A stretch of DNA of 64,000 nucleotides from Opitutales bacterium (GTDB taxonomy: Bacteria; Verrucomicrobiota; Verrucomicrobiia; Opitutales; UBA2987), in the NCBI GenBank assembly GCA_965226885.1, contig CBDDEL010000016.1, positions 1 to 64,000 on the forward strand. Direction: 5' to 3'. Below the pieces are notes generated by a model that had not been told where the DNA came from, did not search any database, and saw nothing but the letters and a program-made list of their open reading frames with translations. This document shows, in pieces, positions 1-11,917 of this stretch (position 1 is the first letter of the stretch; the number at the start of each line of letters is the position of its first letter). Made by a program: the position numbers and the translations under genes.

Positions 1-613
1 GATTCGTGGCGATGGCTGCGGTTGGTCATCCATAAAGCCGAACACACCGCACAGGGGTCCAACCCGCGCTTCGTGGTGACGAACCTGCCGGGCGATCCCC
101 AGGAGCTTTACGACAAGGTATACTGTGGCCGCGGTGAAATGGAGAACCGAATCAAGGAACAGATGCAATTGTTCAGCGAGCGCACCAGCGCCCATCAATG
201 GTGGGCCAATCAGTGCCGATTGCTCTTGTCGGCGCTGGCCTACACCTTGATGGAAGCCATGCGCCGGTTAGCCTTAAAAGGGACGAAGTGGGCGCGGGCC
301 CAATGCCACACCCTGCGCCTCAAATTAATCAAGATCGGAGCGGTCATCGTGCGCAACACCCGAACGATTCACTTTCACCTAAGTGAGAGTTATCCTTGGG
401 CCAGTCTTTTCAACCATGCGGCCCGCCGATTGGTGCCAACCTAAAGGGTGCATTGGTGCTGCCCCCGGCACTACCGAACCAATGGGGGAAAGGGGGCAGT
501 GTCTCTACACCCTGAAAAACACCTAAAAATCAAGACGATCTGCTCAAAATACAAAGAAATCCATCTCCAATAGCAATAACGAGCCAAACTTTACCCTTCA
601 TGAAATATCCGGG
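1..613 (+). mobile_element. IS1380-family element, 3' part (cut by window edge)
   Basis: Transposase C-terminus (RGEMENRIKE...TLRLKLIKIGA) at 22..444. Right IR GAAATATCCGGG ends at 613, followed by target CTAA. Confidence 0.95.
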
Positions 614-1252
614 CTAAGATGAGTGTCCAGGTTAAACGAATTCCCGAATTTAAGGAAGAAACCGCACCTCTGGCCTATTACCGCCCGCCCGCAATGGACG
701 GTTCACGGCCCGGCATTTTTTATGTCAACCTACGCGACATCAAAGAACTGCCCAAGTTTAGCATGCGCACCCTGGTCTATCATGAAGGCACTCCCGGACA
801 CCATTTTCAACTGGCTGTAGCGCAGGAAATTGAAGGAGTGCCCACATTTCGCAAGATCCTTCCATTTACAGCCTACACAGAAGGTTGGGGCCTATATGCC
901 GAACTCCTGGCCTGGGAACTCGGTTATCAAAAAGATCCTTACAACAACTTGGGGCGCCTACAGGACGAATTGCTGCGCGCCGTTCGGCTGGTCGTGGATA
1001 CCGGCATCCATTACAAAAAATGGACCCGCGAAGCGACTATCGAATATATGTTGACCAACACCGGAACGCCAGAAGGCGAAGTCATATCCGAAGTCGAACG
1101 CTACATAGTCATACCCGGCCAGGCCTGCGCCTACAAAATCGGCATGTTAAAAATACTGGAATTACGCGAAAAAGCGAAAAATCAATTAGGCGACCAGTTC
1201 GATCTAGCCGAATTCCACGATGCCGTCCTAAAAAACGGAGCCATGCCCCTAA

Positions 1253-2716
1253 CCCGGATATTTCGTAAAAAAAGTATCGTTGATATGCTTAACTGCTGAT
1301 ATACAGCAGGATAGATCAATAATTAAAGCAATATCAGCGATGACAAAAGGTAAACAATTAAAGCTACAGTTGACAAGGGTAAAAGGCCGCCGTGTGCGGG
1401 TTGATTTCAAGGGCGGAGAGGTTACTTCGGATGCCGGACTGCTTTTGATCCGGGAAGTGGATCGGCAGTTGGGCTTGACCGAACGAGCGGCCCGACAGTT
1501 AGTGGACAAACGGCAGAAGGGCAAAGTACGCCATGAGGTATTGGGGATGCTGCGGCAGCGCGTTTACGGGCTGGTGGCGGGCTATGAGGATTTGAACGAC
1601 TTTGATACCCTGCGCCACGATCCATTGTTGCAAACGGTAACGGGGCGCATTGAAACGTTGGCCAGCGCGCCGACTTTGTGTCGTTTTGAAAACGGGCAGG
1701 ATCGGCGGGCGGCCTTTGCGGTAAACGAGCTGTTGGTCGAACAGTTCATGGGCTCCTTTGCCGAGGAACCCGAAGAGATCATCCTGGACTTTGACGCCAC
1801 CGACAATCCGGTGCACGGGCTCCAGGAGGGACGTTTTTTCCACGGTTATTATGATCATTACTGTTTTCTGCCGCTATATGTTTTTTGCGGTGATCAGCTG
1901 CTGGTGGCCTACCTGCGGCCGAGCAAGATCGATGCCAGCAAGCATGCCGGGGCCATCCTCAAATTGCTGGTTAAACGGATTCGCCAAAGCTGGCCCCGTA
2001 CGCGGATTATCTGGCGCGCCGACAGTGGATTTTGTCGAGACCGGATACTCTCTTGGTGCGACCGCAACGAAGTTAGTTACATCGTGGGGATGGCTCGCAA
2101 TGCACGCTTGCAGCAAGACGCCCAGCAGTTGCAAAAGCAGGCCAAAGAATGGTTCGAACTAAGGGGTAAAAAACAACGGTTATTCCAGGACTTCGTCTAT
2201 GCTGCCGATTCGTGGCGATGGCTGCGGTTGGTCATCCATAAAGCCGAACACACCGCACAGGGGTCCAACCCGCGCTTCGTGGTGACGAACCTGCCGGGCG
2301 ATCCCCAGGAGCTTTACGACAAGGTATACTGTGGCCGCGGTGAAATGGAGAACCGAATCAAGGAACAGATGCAATTGTTCAGCGAGCGCACCAGCGCCCA
2401 TCAATGGTGGGCCAATCAGTGGCGATTGCTCTTGTCGGCGCTGGCCTACACCTTGATGGAAGCCATGCGCCGGTTAGCCTTAAAAGGGACGAAGTGGGCG
2501 CGGGCCCAATGCCACACCCTGCGGCTCAAATTAATCAAGATCGGAGCGGTCATCGTGCGCAACACCCGAACGATTCACTTTCACCTAACACCCGAACGAT
2601 TCACTTTCAACTAAGTGAGAGTTATCCTTGGGCCAGTCTTTTCAACCATGCGGCCCGCCGATTGGTGCCAACCTAAAGGGTGCATTGGTGCTGCCCCCGG
2701 CACTACCGAACCAATG
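1253..2716 (+). mobile_element. IS1380-family element, right end replaced by IS3; transposase frameshifted near its end
   Basis: Left IR CCCGGATATTTC at 1253. Transposase from ATG 1340 with a 26-bp duplication at 2561-2612. Confidence 0.95.
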
Positions 2717-4041
2717 TGACGTGTACTGGATTTGTTGGACACGGGATTCTCTTATATTCATTGTTTATTGATTAGTGTGTCAGGCGGCTTGTTTTGGTAA
2801 AGGGTTTTGTTTTCTCGTTGCCCCCCATGGGGGGCAAATATTTTCCTCGAATTGGACTGGGCTTTGGTAACTCAGAGAGGAATGTTTGCGATATCGGTTG
2901 TAGAAGATTTCCACGTATTCGAAGACAGTTGATCGCAGTTCGCGCTCGTCGGCAAAGTGGCGGCCTCGAATCGTGCTGGTCTTGAAGCGGCCGTAGAACG
3001 ATTCCATGGCCGCGTTGTCGTAGCAGTTGCCTTGGCCGCTCATGCTCGGCTTCATGTCTAGTTCAGAGACCAGCCTCTGATAGTCGTCGCTGGCGTAGGG
3101 GCTGCCCCGATCGCTGTGATGAATAATCCCGGTGCGCAGTGTGCCGCGGGTCATGGCCGCGGCTTTGAGGGCCTTGCCAACCAGCTTCGCGTCGTTGTGG
3201 TTGGAAACGCTCCAGCCCAGCAGGCGTCGGCTGAACAGGTCCATCACCGTGGCCAAGTACATCCAACCGGCCAGGGTCCGTAGGTAGGTCGTGTCCGCCA
3301 CCCAGACCTCGTCGATATGGGTCGGCTGGCCATGCTTTTTAAGCACATTGGGGCTGTAACCATAGGGATGGTTACTGTTGGTTTTTAATGGCTTAAAGCG
3401 TTTACTCTGGGTGCTTTTGATTCCCATTTCACGCATCAGACGCAGAGCCCGGTCACGGCCGCAATCGATGCCCTCATCATCCTTCAGATGGCGGTGCATT
3501 GGCCGATGCCCATAGCGGCCCTTGGCCTCTTTGTGTACCTTCAGGATCGCCCCCTTGATTCCCTCGTCCTCGATCCGCCGGGCCGAGGGCGCTCGGGGCC
3601 TCCAGCAGTAATAGCCACTGCGACAAATCCCCATCGCCGAGCATATTTCCTCGATCTTGAAGCGCCCCTCGTTGTCTTTGACAAACTGGTACTTCATTGT
3701 TCGTCCTTGGCAAAGTAGCCCACCGTTTTTTTTAGTATCTGGTTGATCCGCTCCGAGCGGCGCAGCTCTTTGCGAAGACGATCTATCTCGGCCGCCATCT
3801 CCTTCGGACTGCTCTGTCGCTTTGAGGTGGCTTCGCCCTGCTGATCGTCCAGATAGAGCCTCTTCCACCTATACAATTGGTTGGTGTTGACCCCAAGTTT
3901 GGTCGATACCTCGGTGGCGCTCAGACCATCGAGTATCATCAGTTGAACTGCCTCATTTTTGAACTCTATACTGCGTCTTCTTCCCATGCTTCGATTCTCC
4001 ATTTAGGAGAATCTCGTGTCCACTTTTTCCAGTGCACATCA
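2717..4041 (-). mobile_element. IS3-family element type A (orfA 3694-4002; orfB ends 2780)
   Basis: Termini TGATGTGCACTGG / TGACGTGTACTGG. rve integrase motifs WVADTT, HSDRGS, DNAAMESF. A-run frameshift site at the end of orfA. No target duplication. Confidence 0.95.
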
Positions 4042-6154
4042 AGGGCAAAGTACGCCATGAGGTATTGGGGATGCTGCGGCAGCGCGTTTACGGGCTGGTG
4101 GCGGGCTATGAGGATTTGAACGACTTTGATACCCTGCGCCACGATCCATTGTTGCAAACGGTAACGGGGCGCATTGAAACGTTGGCCAGCGCGCCGACTT
4201 TGTGTCGTTTTGAAAACGGGCAGGATCGGCGGGCGGCCTTTGCGGTAAACGAGCTGTTGGTCGAACAGTTCATGGGCTCCTTTGCCGAGGAACCCGAAGA
4301 GATCATCCTGGACTTTGACGCCACCGACAATCCGGTGCACGGGCTCCAGGAGGGACGTTTTTTCCACGGTTATTATGATCATTACTGTTTTCTGCCGCTA
4401 TATGTTTTTTGCGGTGATCAGCTGCTGGTGGCCGGTAGTGTATTAAGTAGGAATGGTGGCTAATTCTTGATTATATTGATGAATGAAAAGTCTCAGACAG
4501 GTTTCATGCATACTCTTAAGCTTGGAAAAGGAGAGGGTTTTGCGTGTGAAACGACCCAGTCGTTGGCGCAGGGTATTGTTCCATCGTTCCACATGGGCCG
4601 TTTCACCGGTTTCTTTTCCCACGGATCGGTTATGAGGAAAGACTTCATCATAAGTGCTCCAAAAGTCGCTGTAGGTGGCACATCTTTTGTAGGCCCGTGG
4701 CAGACGCTCGTAAAGTTCCCGGCAACGATACCAATCCCGAGGCCCAATGGCATAGGAGAGGATTTGACGGGTGCGTCGGCAAAGAGCGATCCAAACCCAT
4801 TGGGCATCGCTCTTGCGCCCCACAAAAGACCACAGTTCGTCCAGTTCAATGACATCATGGCGGCGGGCCGCAAGAATCGTGCTTTTGAGCGGTCGCAGCG
4901 ATTGTCGTTTTTTTTAACCAACTCAAAACGGTGTTGGGACTCACCCCGAAGGCGCGCTGTAAACCGCGTAGACTGCTGCGTTCCTGATAGACTCGAAGGA
5001 TCATTTCTTTTTGCTCTTCGGTGTATTTCACTGTGGGGTTTTCGCGGCTTTGTTTACCACAATCATGGCAGCGGTAGCGCTGCTTATGGTTGGGCGTCTT
5101 GCCAAATTTAATGATATTTTCACTTCCACAGTGCCGACAATTAATAATTTTAGTAACCATGCACTAAGAATAAACTGCCTAACGCTATTTGTACAGCTAA
5201 AAATACAAAATAACATTCTTTTTTTATACACTACCCTGGTGGCCTACCTGCGGCCGAGCAAGATCGATGCCAGCAAGCATGCCGGGGCCATCCTCAAATT
5301 GCTGGTTAAACGGATTCGCCAAAGCTGGCCCCGTACGCGGATTATTTGGCGCGCCGACAGTGGATTTTGTCGAGACCGGATACTCTCTTGGTGCGACCGC
5401 AACGAAGTTAGTTACATCGTGGGGATGGCTCGCAATGCACGCTTGCAGCAAGACGCCCAGCAGTTGCAAAAGCAGGCCAAAGAATGGTTCGAACTAAGGG
5501 GTAAAAAACAACGGTTATTCCAGGACTTCGTCTATGCTGCCGATTCGTGGCGATGGCTGCGGTTGGTCATCCATAAAGCCGAACACACCGCACAGGGGTC
5601 CAACCCGCGCTTCGTGGTGACGAACCTGCCGGGCGATCCCCAGGAGCTTTACGACAAGGTATACTGTGGCCGCGGTGAAATGGAGAACCGAATCAAGGAA
5701 CAGATGCAATTGTTCAGCGAGCGCACCAGCGCCCATCAATGGTGGGCCAATCAGTGGCGATTGCTCTTGTCGGCGCTGGCCTACACCTTGATGGAAGCCA
5801 TGCGCCGGTTAGCCTTAAAAGGGACGAAGTGGGCGCGGGCCCAATGCCACACCCTGCGGCTCAAATTAATCAAGATCGGAGCGGTCATCGTGCGCAACAC
5901 CCGAACGATTCACTTTCACCTAAGTGAGAGTTATCCTTGGGCCAGTCTTTTCAACCATGCGGCCCGCCGATTGGTGCCAACCTAAAGGGTGCATTGGTGC
6001 TGCCCCCGGCACTACCGAACCAATGGGGGAAAGGGGGCAGTGTCTCTACACCCTGAAAAACACCTAAAAATCAAGACGATCTGCTCAAAATACAAAGAAA
6101 TCCATCTCCAATAGCAATAACGAGCCAAACTTTACCCTTCATGAAATATCCGGG
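4042..6154 (+). mobile_element. 5'-truncated IS1380 copy interrupted by IS1
   Basis: Matches the other IS1380 copies from ...KGKVRHE onward. Right IR ends at 6154. Confidence 0.93.
4434..5235 (-). mobile_element. IS1-family element type a (802 bp; insA/insB)
   Basis: GGTAGTGT termini and a 9-bp TSD CTGGTGGCC (4425-4433 / 5236-5244). InsA zinc ribbon CRHC...CHDC, A8 slippery site, InsB motifs ELDELW, YSDFW, HVERWN. Confidence 0.95.
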
Positions 6155-6307
6155 CTAAGCACCCTGGAAAAAGTCGTCGATGCCTACCTGATGCCTACCT
6201 GACTGAAAAGCAAAACTGAATCCTAATCCAAGGTGAACTGCGGATAATAGATTTCAAGTGCGGTAGAAGTGGATCTGCTTGGAAGCCATAGAGCGGCTTG
6301 ACCTCTT

Positions 6308-8296
6308 TTGGCAAAACCGGAAGATTACGGGCGAATCATGCCGCCAACCCACCATAAGGTCGCTCATCCTCCAAAGGAACGGCCTTTGATGATTTATGAC
6401 GGTGACTGCGCTTTTTGCAAACGCTGGATTGAAAGATGGAAAGCCTGGACTGGGGATAGCGTCGATTACGAAGAATCCCAATTAGTGGCGGAGCGGTTTC
6501 CAGAGATTACCCCCGAACGTTTTGCCCGTGCGGTGCAATTGGTGCAAACCAATGGCGAGGTGATTGAGGGAGCGGAAGCTGTTTTTCTATGCCTGAAAGA
6601 CACGCCGGGTAAAGGCTGGTTTTATAAAGTCTACGCAAAACGGCCCCTCTTTGCCGCCGTGGCGGAAGGCGCGTATGATATCGTGGCCCGGCGAAGAAAA
6701 TTTTTCTCGCTCATGACGCGCGTTTTGTGGGGAAAGAATGTCGAACCGCCGACCTACCGGTTTTCTAGTTGGCTATTTCCGCGATTGCTGGGTGTGATCG
6801 CCATTTGCGCTGTGGTCTCCTATTGGACGCAGGCCGATGGCTTGATCGGCAGCGGGGGCATCCTGCCGCTTTCATCCTATTTGGAAAACGTCGAAGCAAG
6901 TTTAGTTAAAAACGGTTTGCATGGGCCGGCGTTTTATTACCTCCCCAGCCTTTTCTGGTGGAATAGCAGCGATGCCGCGATTCAGTGGACATTGCTAACG
7001 GCCTGCCTGGCCGGTCTAGCCCTGATGTTTGGTTTATTCACCCCTCTGGCGGCGCTGGCCTTGTGGCTTCTATACCTTTCGCTGACCAATGCGGGGCAGG
7101 CATTCCTCACCTTTCAATGGGATTCCCTGCTTATTGAAATGTGTTTTTTAACGGTTTTCCTCTGCCCGTGGAAAATTCTGGACCGGTTGAAAGGACATGC
7201 GGAACCGGCCAAAATCGGGCGCTGGCTGCTCTGGTTTCTGCTCTTTCGGCTGATGTTCGAATCCGGCATCGTAAAATGGCAGAGTTTCGCCCCCGATGGA
7301 TCGAACACCTGGCGCGACTGGACGGCTTTGAACTACCATTACTGGAGCCAGCCCCTGCCCGCATGGACCAGCTTATATGCCCACCATCTGCCGTTTTTGT
7401 TGCAAAAGCTTACGCTGCAAGTGCTGTTGTTTATCGAACTGGCCCTGCCTTTTTTCATTTTGGGCCCAAGGAGAGTGCGCAATTTCGCCATTCTGGGGTT
7501 GGTTTTGCTGCAGGTTCTTATTTCTCTGACAGGCAATTACGGGTTTTTCAACCTGCTGACGATGCTGCTCTGCCTGTCCCTGCTGGACGACCAGAGCCTA
7601 CCTCGACGGTTGAAAAAACTACTGTTACATGGGCCGCAAAAATTATCTGAAAGCCAAATTACAGGGTACCCCAAAAGGTTTTTTCTTTATTTCGGCGCCA
7701 TGATCATCCTGCTGGTGGGCACTTATCAATTCATGCATAGCCTGGAGGATAACCGCGAGCCGAGTGCAACGCTAAATTGGCTCCAGGAAAAACCGTTCCT
7801 GCAAAAATTTTACAATCGCCTGCAACCTTTTCGCATCGTCAACGGTTACGGGCTTTTTCGAGTCATGACGACGACCCGCCCGGAAATTCAAATTGAAGGA
7901 AGCGTTGACGGCAAGGAATGGAAAACCTACACCTTCCACTACAAACCCGGCGATCCCAACCGAAAGCCGGTCTTCATGATTCCCCACATGCCGCGGCTGG
8001 ACTGGAGAATGTGGTTTGAAGGACTCAATTACGAGCGATCCCATCGATTTTCACGCTGGTTTGTAAAATTTCTGCGGGAACTATTTGATGGAAACCCCAA
8101 GGTAATGGCCTTGATGGAAAACAATCCGTTCCCGGACAATCCGCCCAAATTTTTTCGTCTCACGCTCTCTCATTACACTTTCCCCGACATGGCAACCCAT
8201 AAGGAAACCGGTCTATGGTGGGAGGTCAAACCACTGCCCTCTTACACGATTTCCGGTCCGGTCGAAAATTTAAACCGAAGAAGTAAAAAGGAATAA
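6308..8296 (+). CDS. Lipase maturation factor (LMF1) family membrane protein with an N-terminal DCC1-like thiol-disulfide oxidoreductase domain
   Basis: N-terminal IYDGDCAFCKRW (DxxCxxC). LMF1 motifs FQWDSLLIE, HYWSQPLP, TGNYGFFNLL, NGYGLFRVMT, PHMPRLDWRMWF. Exact start uncertain. Confidence 0.9.
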   Translation: MAKPEDYGRIMPPTHHKVAHPPKERPLMIYDGDCAFCKRWIERWKAWTGDSVDYEESQLVAERFPEITPERFARAVQLVQTNGEVIEGAEAVFLCLKDTPGKGWFYKVYAKRPLFAAVAEGAYDIVARRRKFFSLMTRVLWGKNVEPPTYRFSSWLFPRLLGVIAICAVVSYWTQADGLIGSGGILPLSSYLENVEASLVKNGLHGPAFYYLPSLFWWNSSDAAIQWTLLTACLAGLALMFGLFTPLAALALWLLYLSLTNAGQAFLTFQWDSLLIEMCFLTVFLCPWKILDRLKGHAEPAKIGRWLLWFLLFRLMFESGIVKWQSFAPDGSNTWRDWTALNYHYWSQPLPAWTSLYAHHLPFLLQKLTLQVLLFIELALPFFILGPRRVRNFAILGLVLLQVLISLTGNYGFFNLLTMLLCLSLLDDQSLPRRLKKLLLHGPQKLSESQITGYPKRFFLYFGAMIILLVGTYQFMHSLEDNREPSATLNWLQEKPFLQKFYNRLQPFRIVNGYGLFRVMTTTRPEIQIEGSVDGKEWKTYTFHYKPGDPNRKPVFMIPHMPRLDWRMWFEGLNYERSHRFSRWFVKFLRELFDGNPKVMALMENNPFPDNPPKFFRLTLSHYTFPDMATHKETGLWWEVKPLPSYTISGPVENLNRRSKKE

Positions 8297-8355
8297 CGGC
8301 CGTCAAGTATCAGCATGTTTAGTCCCTCATTCTGCATCTTGCAAAAAAACACCGG

Positions 8356-8778
8356 TCAATCTTTCATTCCGGGTTGGTAATACCTGTCCCTGTAGAAGCG
8401 GACTTTCCAGGACGAATGATGGGAAACCATGGTGACCTGCAAATTATTAATAATCTTTTCCGTGCCCCAGAATGAATCCTGGCCTGGACGATCCAGCCTG
8501 ATGACCTGATTAATATTCAGAGTTGTCGATTTTTCTCCTCTGCGGATATCCTTGATTTTATAACTCACCCATCGAATTTTTCCTCTAAAGGCTTCATCGC
8601 GCTTTTTTCTGTTGGAGAAAGGTTTGAGGGCTTCGGTACCGCTGACCATATTTCGCGCGGCCTGTGCATCTTTATCCAGCAACGCCCGCGAGTATTTCTT
8701 AATGGCAATCACTTCCTGCGTGGTATGTACCATGACAAGCTTGAAAAGGTTCAGCCCAACCAAAACGAGGATAACTAG
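8356..8778 (-). pseudogene. Hypothetical exported protein, 5' end cut by IS1380
   Basis: 135-aa ORF whose hydrophobic N-terminus runs into the IS1380 end at 8779. Confidence 0.5.
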
Positions 8779-11700
8779 CCCGGATATTTCATGAAGGGTA
8801 AAGTTTGGCTCGTTATTGCTATTGGAGATGGATTTCTTTGTATTTTGAGCAGATCGTCTTGATTTTTAGGTGTTTTTCAGGGTGTAGAGACACTGCCCCC
8901 TTTCCCCCATTGGTTCGGTAGTGCCGGGGGCAGCACCAATGCACCCTTTAGGTTGGCACCAATCGGCGGGCCGCATGGTTGAAAAGACTGGCCCAAGGAT
9001 AACTCTCACTTAGGTGAAAGTGAATCGTTCGGGTGTTGCGCACGATGACCGCTCCGATCTTGATTAATTTGAGCCGCAGGGTGTGCCATTGGGCCCGCGC
9101 CCACTTCGTCCCTTTTAACCCGGATATTTCATGAAGGGTAAAGTTTGGCTCGTTATTGCTATTGGAGATGGATTTCTTTGTATTTTGAGCAGATCGTCTT
9201 GATTTTTAGGTGTTTTTCAGGGTGTAGAGACACTGCCCCCTTTCCCCCATTGGTTCGGTAGTGCCGGGGGCAGCACCAATGCACCCTTTAGGTTGGCACC
9301 AATCGGCGGGCCGCATGGTTGAAAAGACTGGCCCAAGGATAACTCTCACTTAGGTGAAAGTGAATCGTTCGGGTGTTGCGCACGATGACCGCTCCGATCT
9401 TGATTAATTTGAGCCGCAGGGTGTGGCATTGGGCCCGCGCCCACTTCGTCCCTTTTAAGGCTAACCGGCGCATGGCTTCCATCAAGGTGTAGGCCAGCGC
9501 CGACAAGAGCAATCGCCACTGATTGGCCCACCATTGATGGGCGCTGGTGCGCTCGCTGAACAATTGCATCTGTTCCTTGATTCGGTTCTCCATTTCACCG
9601 CGGCCACAGTATACCTTGTCGTAAAGCTCCTGGGGATCGCCCGGCAGGTTCGTCACCACGAAGCGCGGGTTGGACCCCTGTGCGGTGTGTTCGGCTTTAT
9701 GGATGACCAACCGCAGCCATCGCCACGAATCGGCAGCATAGACGAAGTCCTGGAATAACCGTTGTTTTTTACCCCTTAGTTCGAACCATTCTTTGGCCTG
9801 CTTTTGCAACTGCTGGGCGTCTTGCTGCAAGCGTGCATTGCGAGCCATCCCCACGATGTAACTAACTTCGTTGCGGTCGCACCAAGAGAGTATCCGGTCT
9901 CGACAAAATCCACTGTCGGCGCGCCAAATACTCCGCGTACGGGGCCAGCTTTGGCGAATCCGTTTAACCAGCAATTTGAGGATGGCCCCGGCATGCTTGC
10001 TGGCATCGATCTTGCTCGGCCGCAGGTAGGCCACCAGCAGCTGATCACCGCAAAAAACATATAGCGGCAGAAAACAGTAATGATCATAATAACCGTGGAA
10101 AAAACGTCCCTCCTGGAGCCCGTGCACCGGATTGTCGGTGGCGTCAAAGTCCAGGATGATCTCTTCGGGTTCCTCGGCAAAGGAGCCCATGAACTGTTCG
10201 ACCAACAGCTCGTTTACCGCAAAGGCCGCCCGCCGATCCTGCCCGTTTTCAAAACGACACAAAGTCGGCGCGCTGGCCAACGTTTCAATGCGCCCCGTTA
10301 CCGTTTGCTAACAATGGATCGTGGCGCAGGGTATCAAAGTCGTTCAAATCCTCATAGCCCGCCACCAGCCCGTAAACGCGCTGCCGCAGCATCCCCAATA
10401 CCTCATGGCGTACTTTGCCCTTCTGCCGTTTGTCCACTAACTGTCGGGCCGCTCGTTCGGTCAAGCCCAACTGCCGATCCACTTCCCGGATCAAAAGCAG
10501 TCCGGCATCCGAAGTAACCTCTCCGCCCTTGAAATCAACCCGCACACGGCGGCCTTTTACCCTTGTCAACTGTAGCTTTAATTGTTTACCTTTTGTCATC
10601 GCTGATATTGCTTTAATTATTGATCTATCCTGCTGTATATCAGCAGTTAAGCATATCAACGATACTTTTTTTACGAAATATCCGGGTTAAGGCTAACCGG
10701 CGCATGGCTTCCATCAAGGTGTAGGCCAGCGCCGACAAGAGCAATCGCCACTGATTGGCCCACCATTGATGGGCGCTGGTGCGCTCGCTGAACAATTGCA
10801 TCTGTTCCTTGATTCGGTTCTCCATTTCACCGCGGCCACAGTATACCTTGTCGTAAAGCTCCTGGGGATCGCCCGGCAGGTTCGTCACCACGAAGCGCGG
10901 GTTGGACCCCTGTGCGGTGTGTTCGGCTTTATGGATGACCAACCGCAGCCATCGCCACGAATCGGCAGCATAGACGAAGTCCTGGAATAACCGTTGTTTT
11001 TTACCCCTTAGTTCGAACCATTCTTTGGCCTGCTTTTGCAACTGCTGGGCGTCTTGCTGCAAGCGTGCATTGCGAGCCATCCCCACGATGTAACTAACTT
11101 CGTTGCGGTCGCACCAAGAGAGTATCCGGTCTCGACAAAATCCACTGTCGGCGCGCCAAATAATCCGCTTACGGGGCCAGCTTTGGCGAATCCGTTTAAC
11201 CAGCAATTTGAGGATGGCCCCGGCATGCTTGCTGGCATCGATCTTGCTCGGCCGCAGGTAGGCCACCAGCAGCTGATCACCGCAAAAAACATATAGCGGC
11301 AGAAAACAGTAATGATCATAATAACCGTGGAAAAAACGTCCCTCCTGGAGCCCGTGCACCGGATTGTCGGTGGCGTCAAAGTCCAGGATGATCTCTTCGG
11401 GTTCCTCGGCAAAGGAGCCCATGAACTGTTCGACCAACAGCTCGTTTACCGCAAAGGCCGCCCGCCGATCCTGCCCGTTTTCAAAACGACACAAAGTCGG
11501 CGCGCTGGCCAACGTTTCAATGCGCCCCGTTACCGTTTGCAACAATGGATCGTGGCGCAGGGTATCAAAGTCGTTCAAATCCTCATAGCCCGCCACCAGC
11601 CCGTAAACGCGCTGCCGCAGCATCCCCAATACCTCATGGCGTACTTTGCCCTTCTGCCGTTTGTCCACTAACTGTCGGGCCGCTCGTTCGGTCAAGCCCA

Positions 11701-11917
11701 ACTGCCGATCCACTTCCCGGATCAAAAGCAGTCCGGCATCCGAAGTAACCTCTCCGCCCTTGAAATCAACCCGCACACGGCGGCCTTTTACCCTTGTCAA
11801 CTGTAGCTTTAATTGTTTACCTTTTGTCATCGCTGATATTGCTTTAATTATTGATCTATCCTGCTGTATATCAGCAGTTAAGCATATCAACGATACTTTT
11901 TTTACGAAATATCCGGG
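8779..11917 (-). mobile_element. IS1380 with a second IS1380 nested in its transposase 3' region
   Basis: Outer IRs at 8779 and 11917. The flanks differ (CTAG vs CTAA) and belong to different genes. Confidence 0.93.
9119..10686 (-). mobile_element. Inner IS1380 copy (1-bp frameshift near 10309)
   Basis: Both IRs present. TTAA TSD at 9115-9118 / 10687-10690. Confidence 0.95.

Larger units (their letters stand above)
614..6219 (+). pseudogene. DUF885 family protein, C-terminal part, split by IS elements (pieces 614-1252 and 6155-6219)
   Basis: Motifs [31 protein letters not shown]. The frame KNGAMPL|STLEKVVDAYL rejoins across a CTAA duplication (1249-1252 / 6155-6158). An 11-bp duplication lies in the tail. 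Confidence 0.88.
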
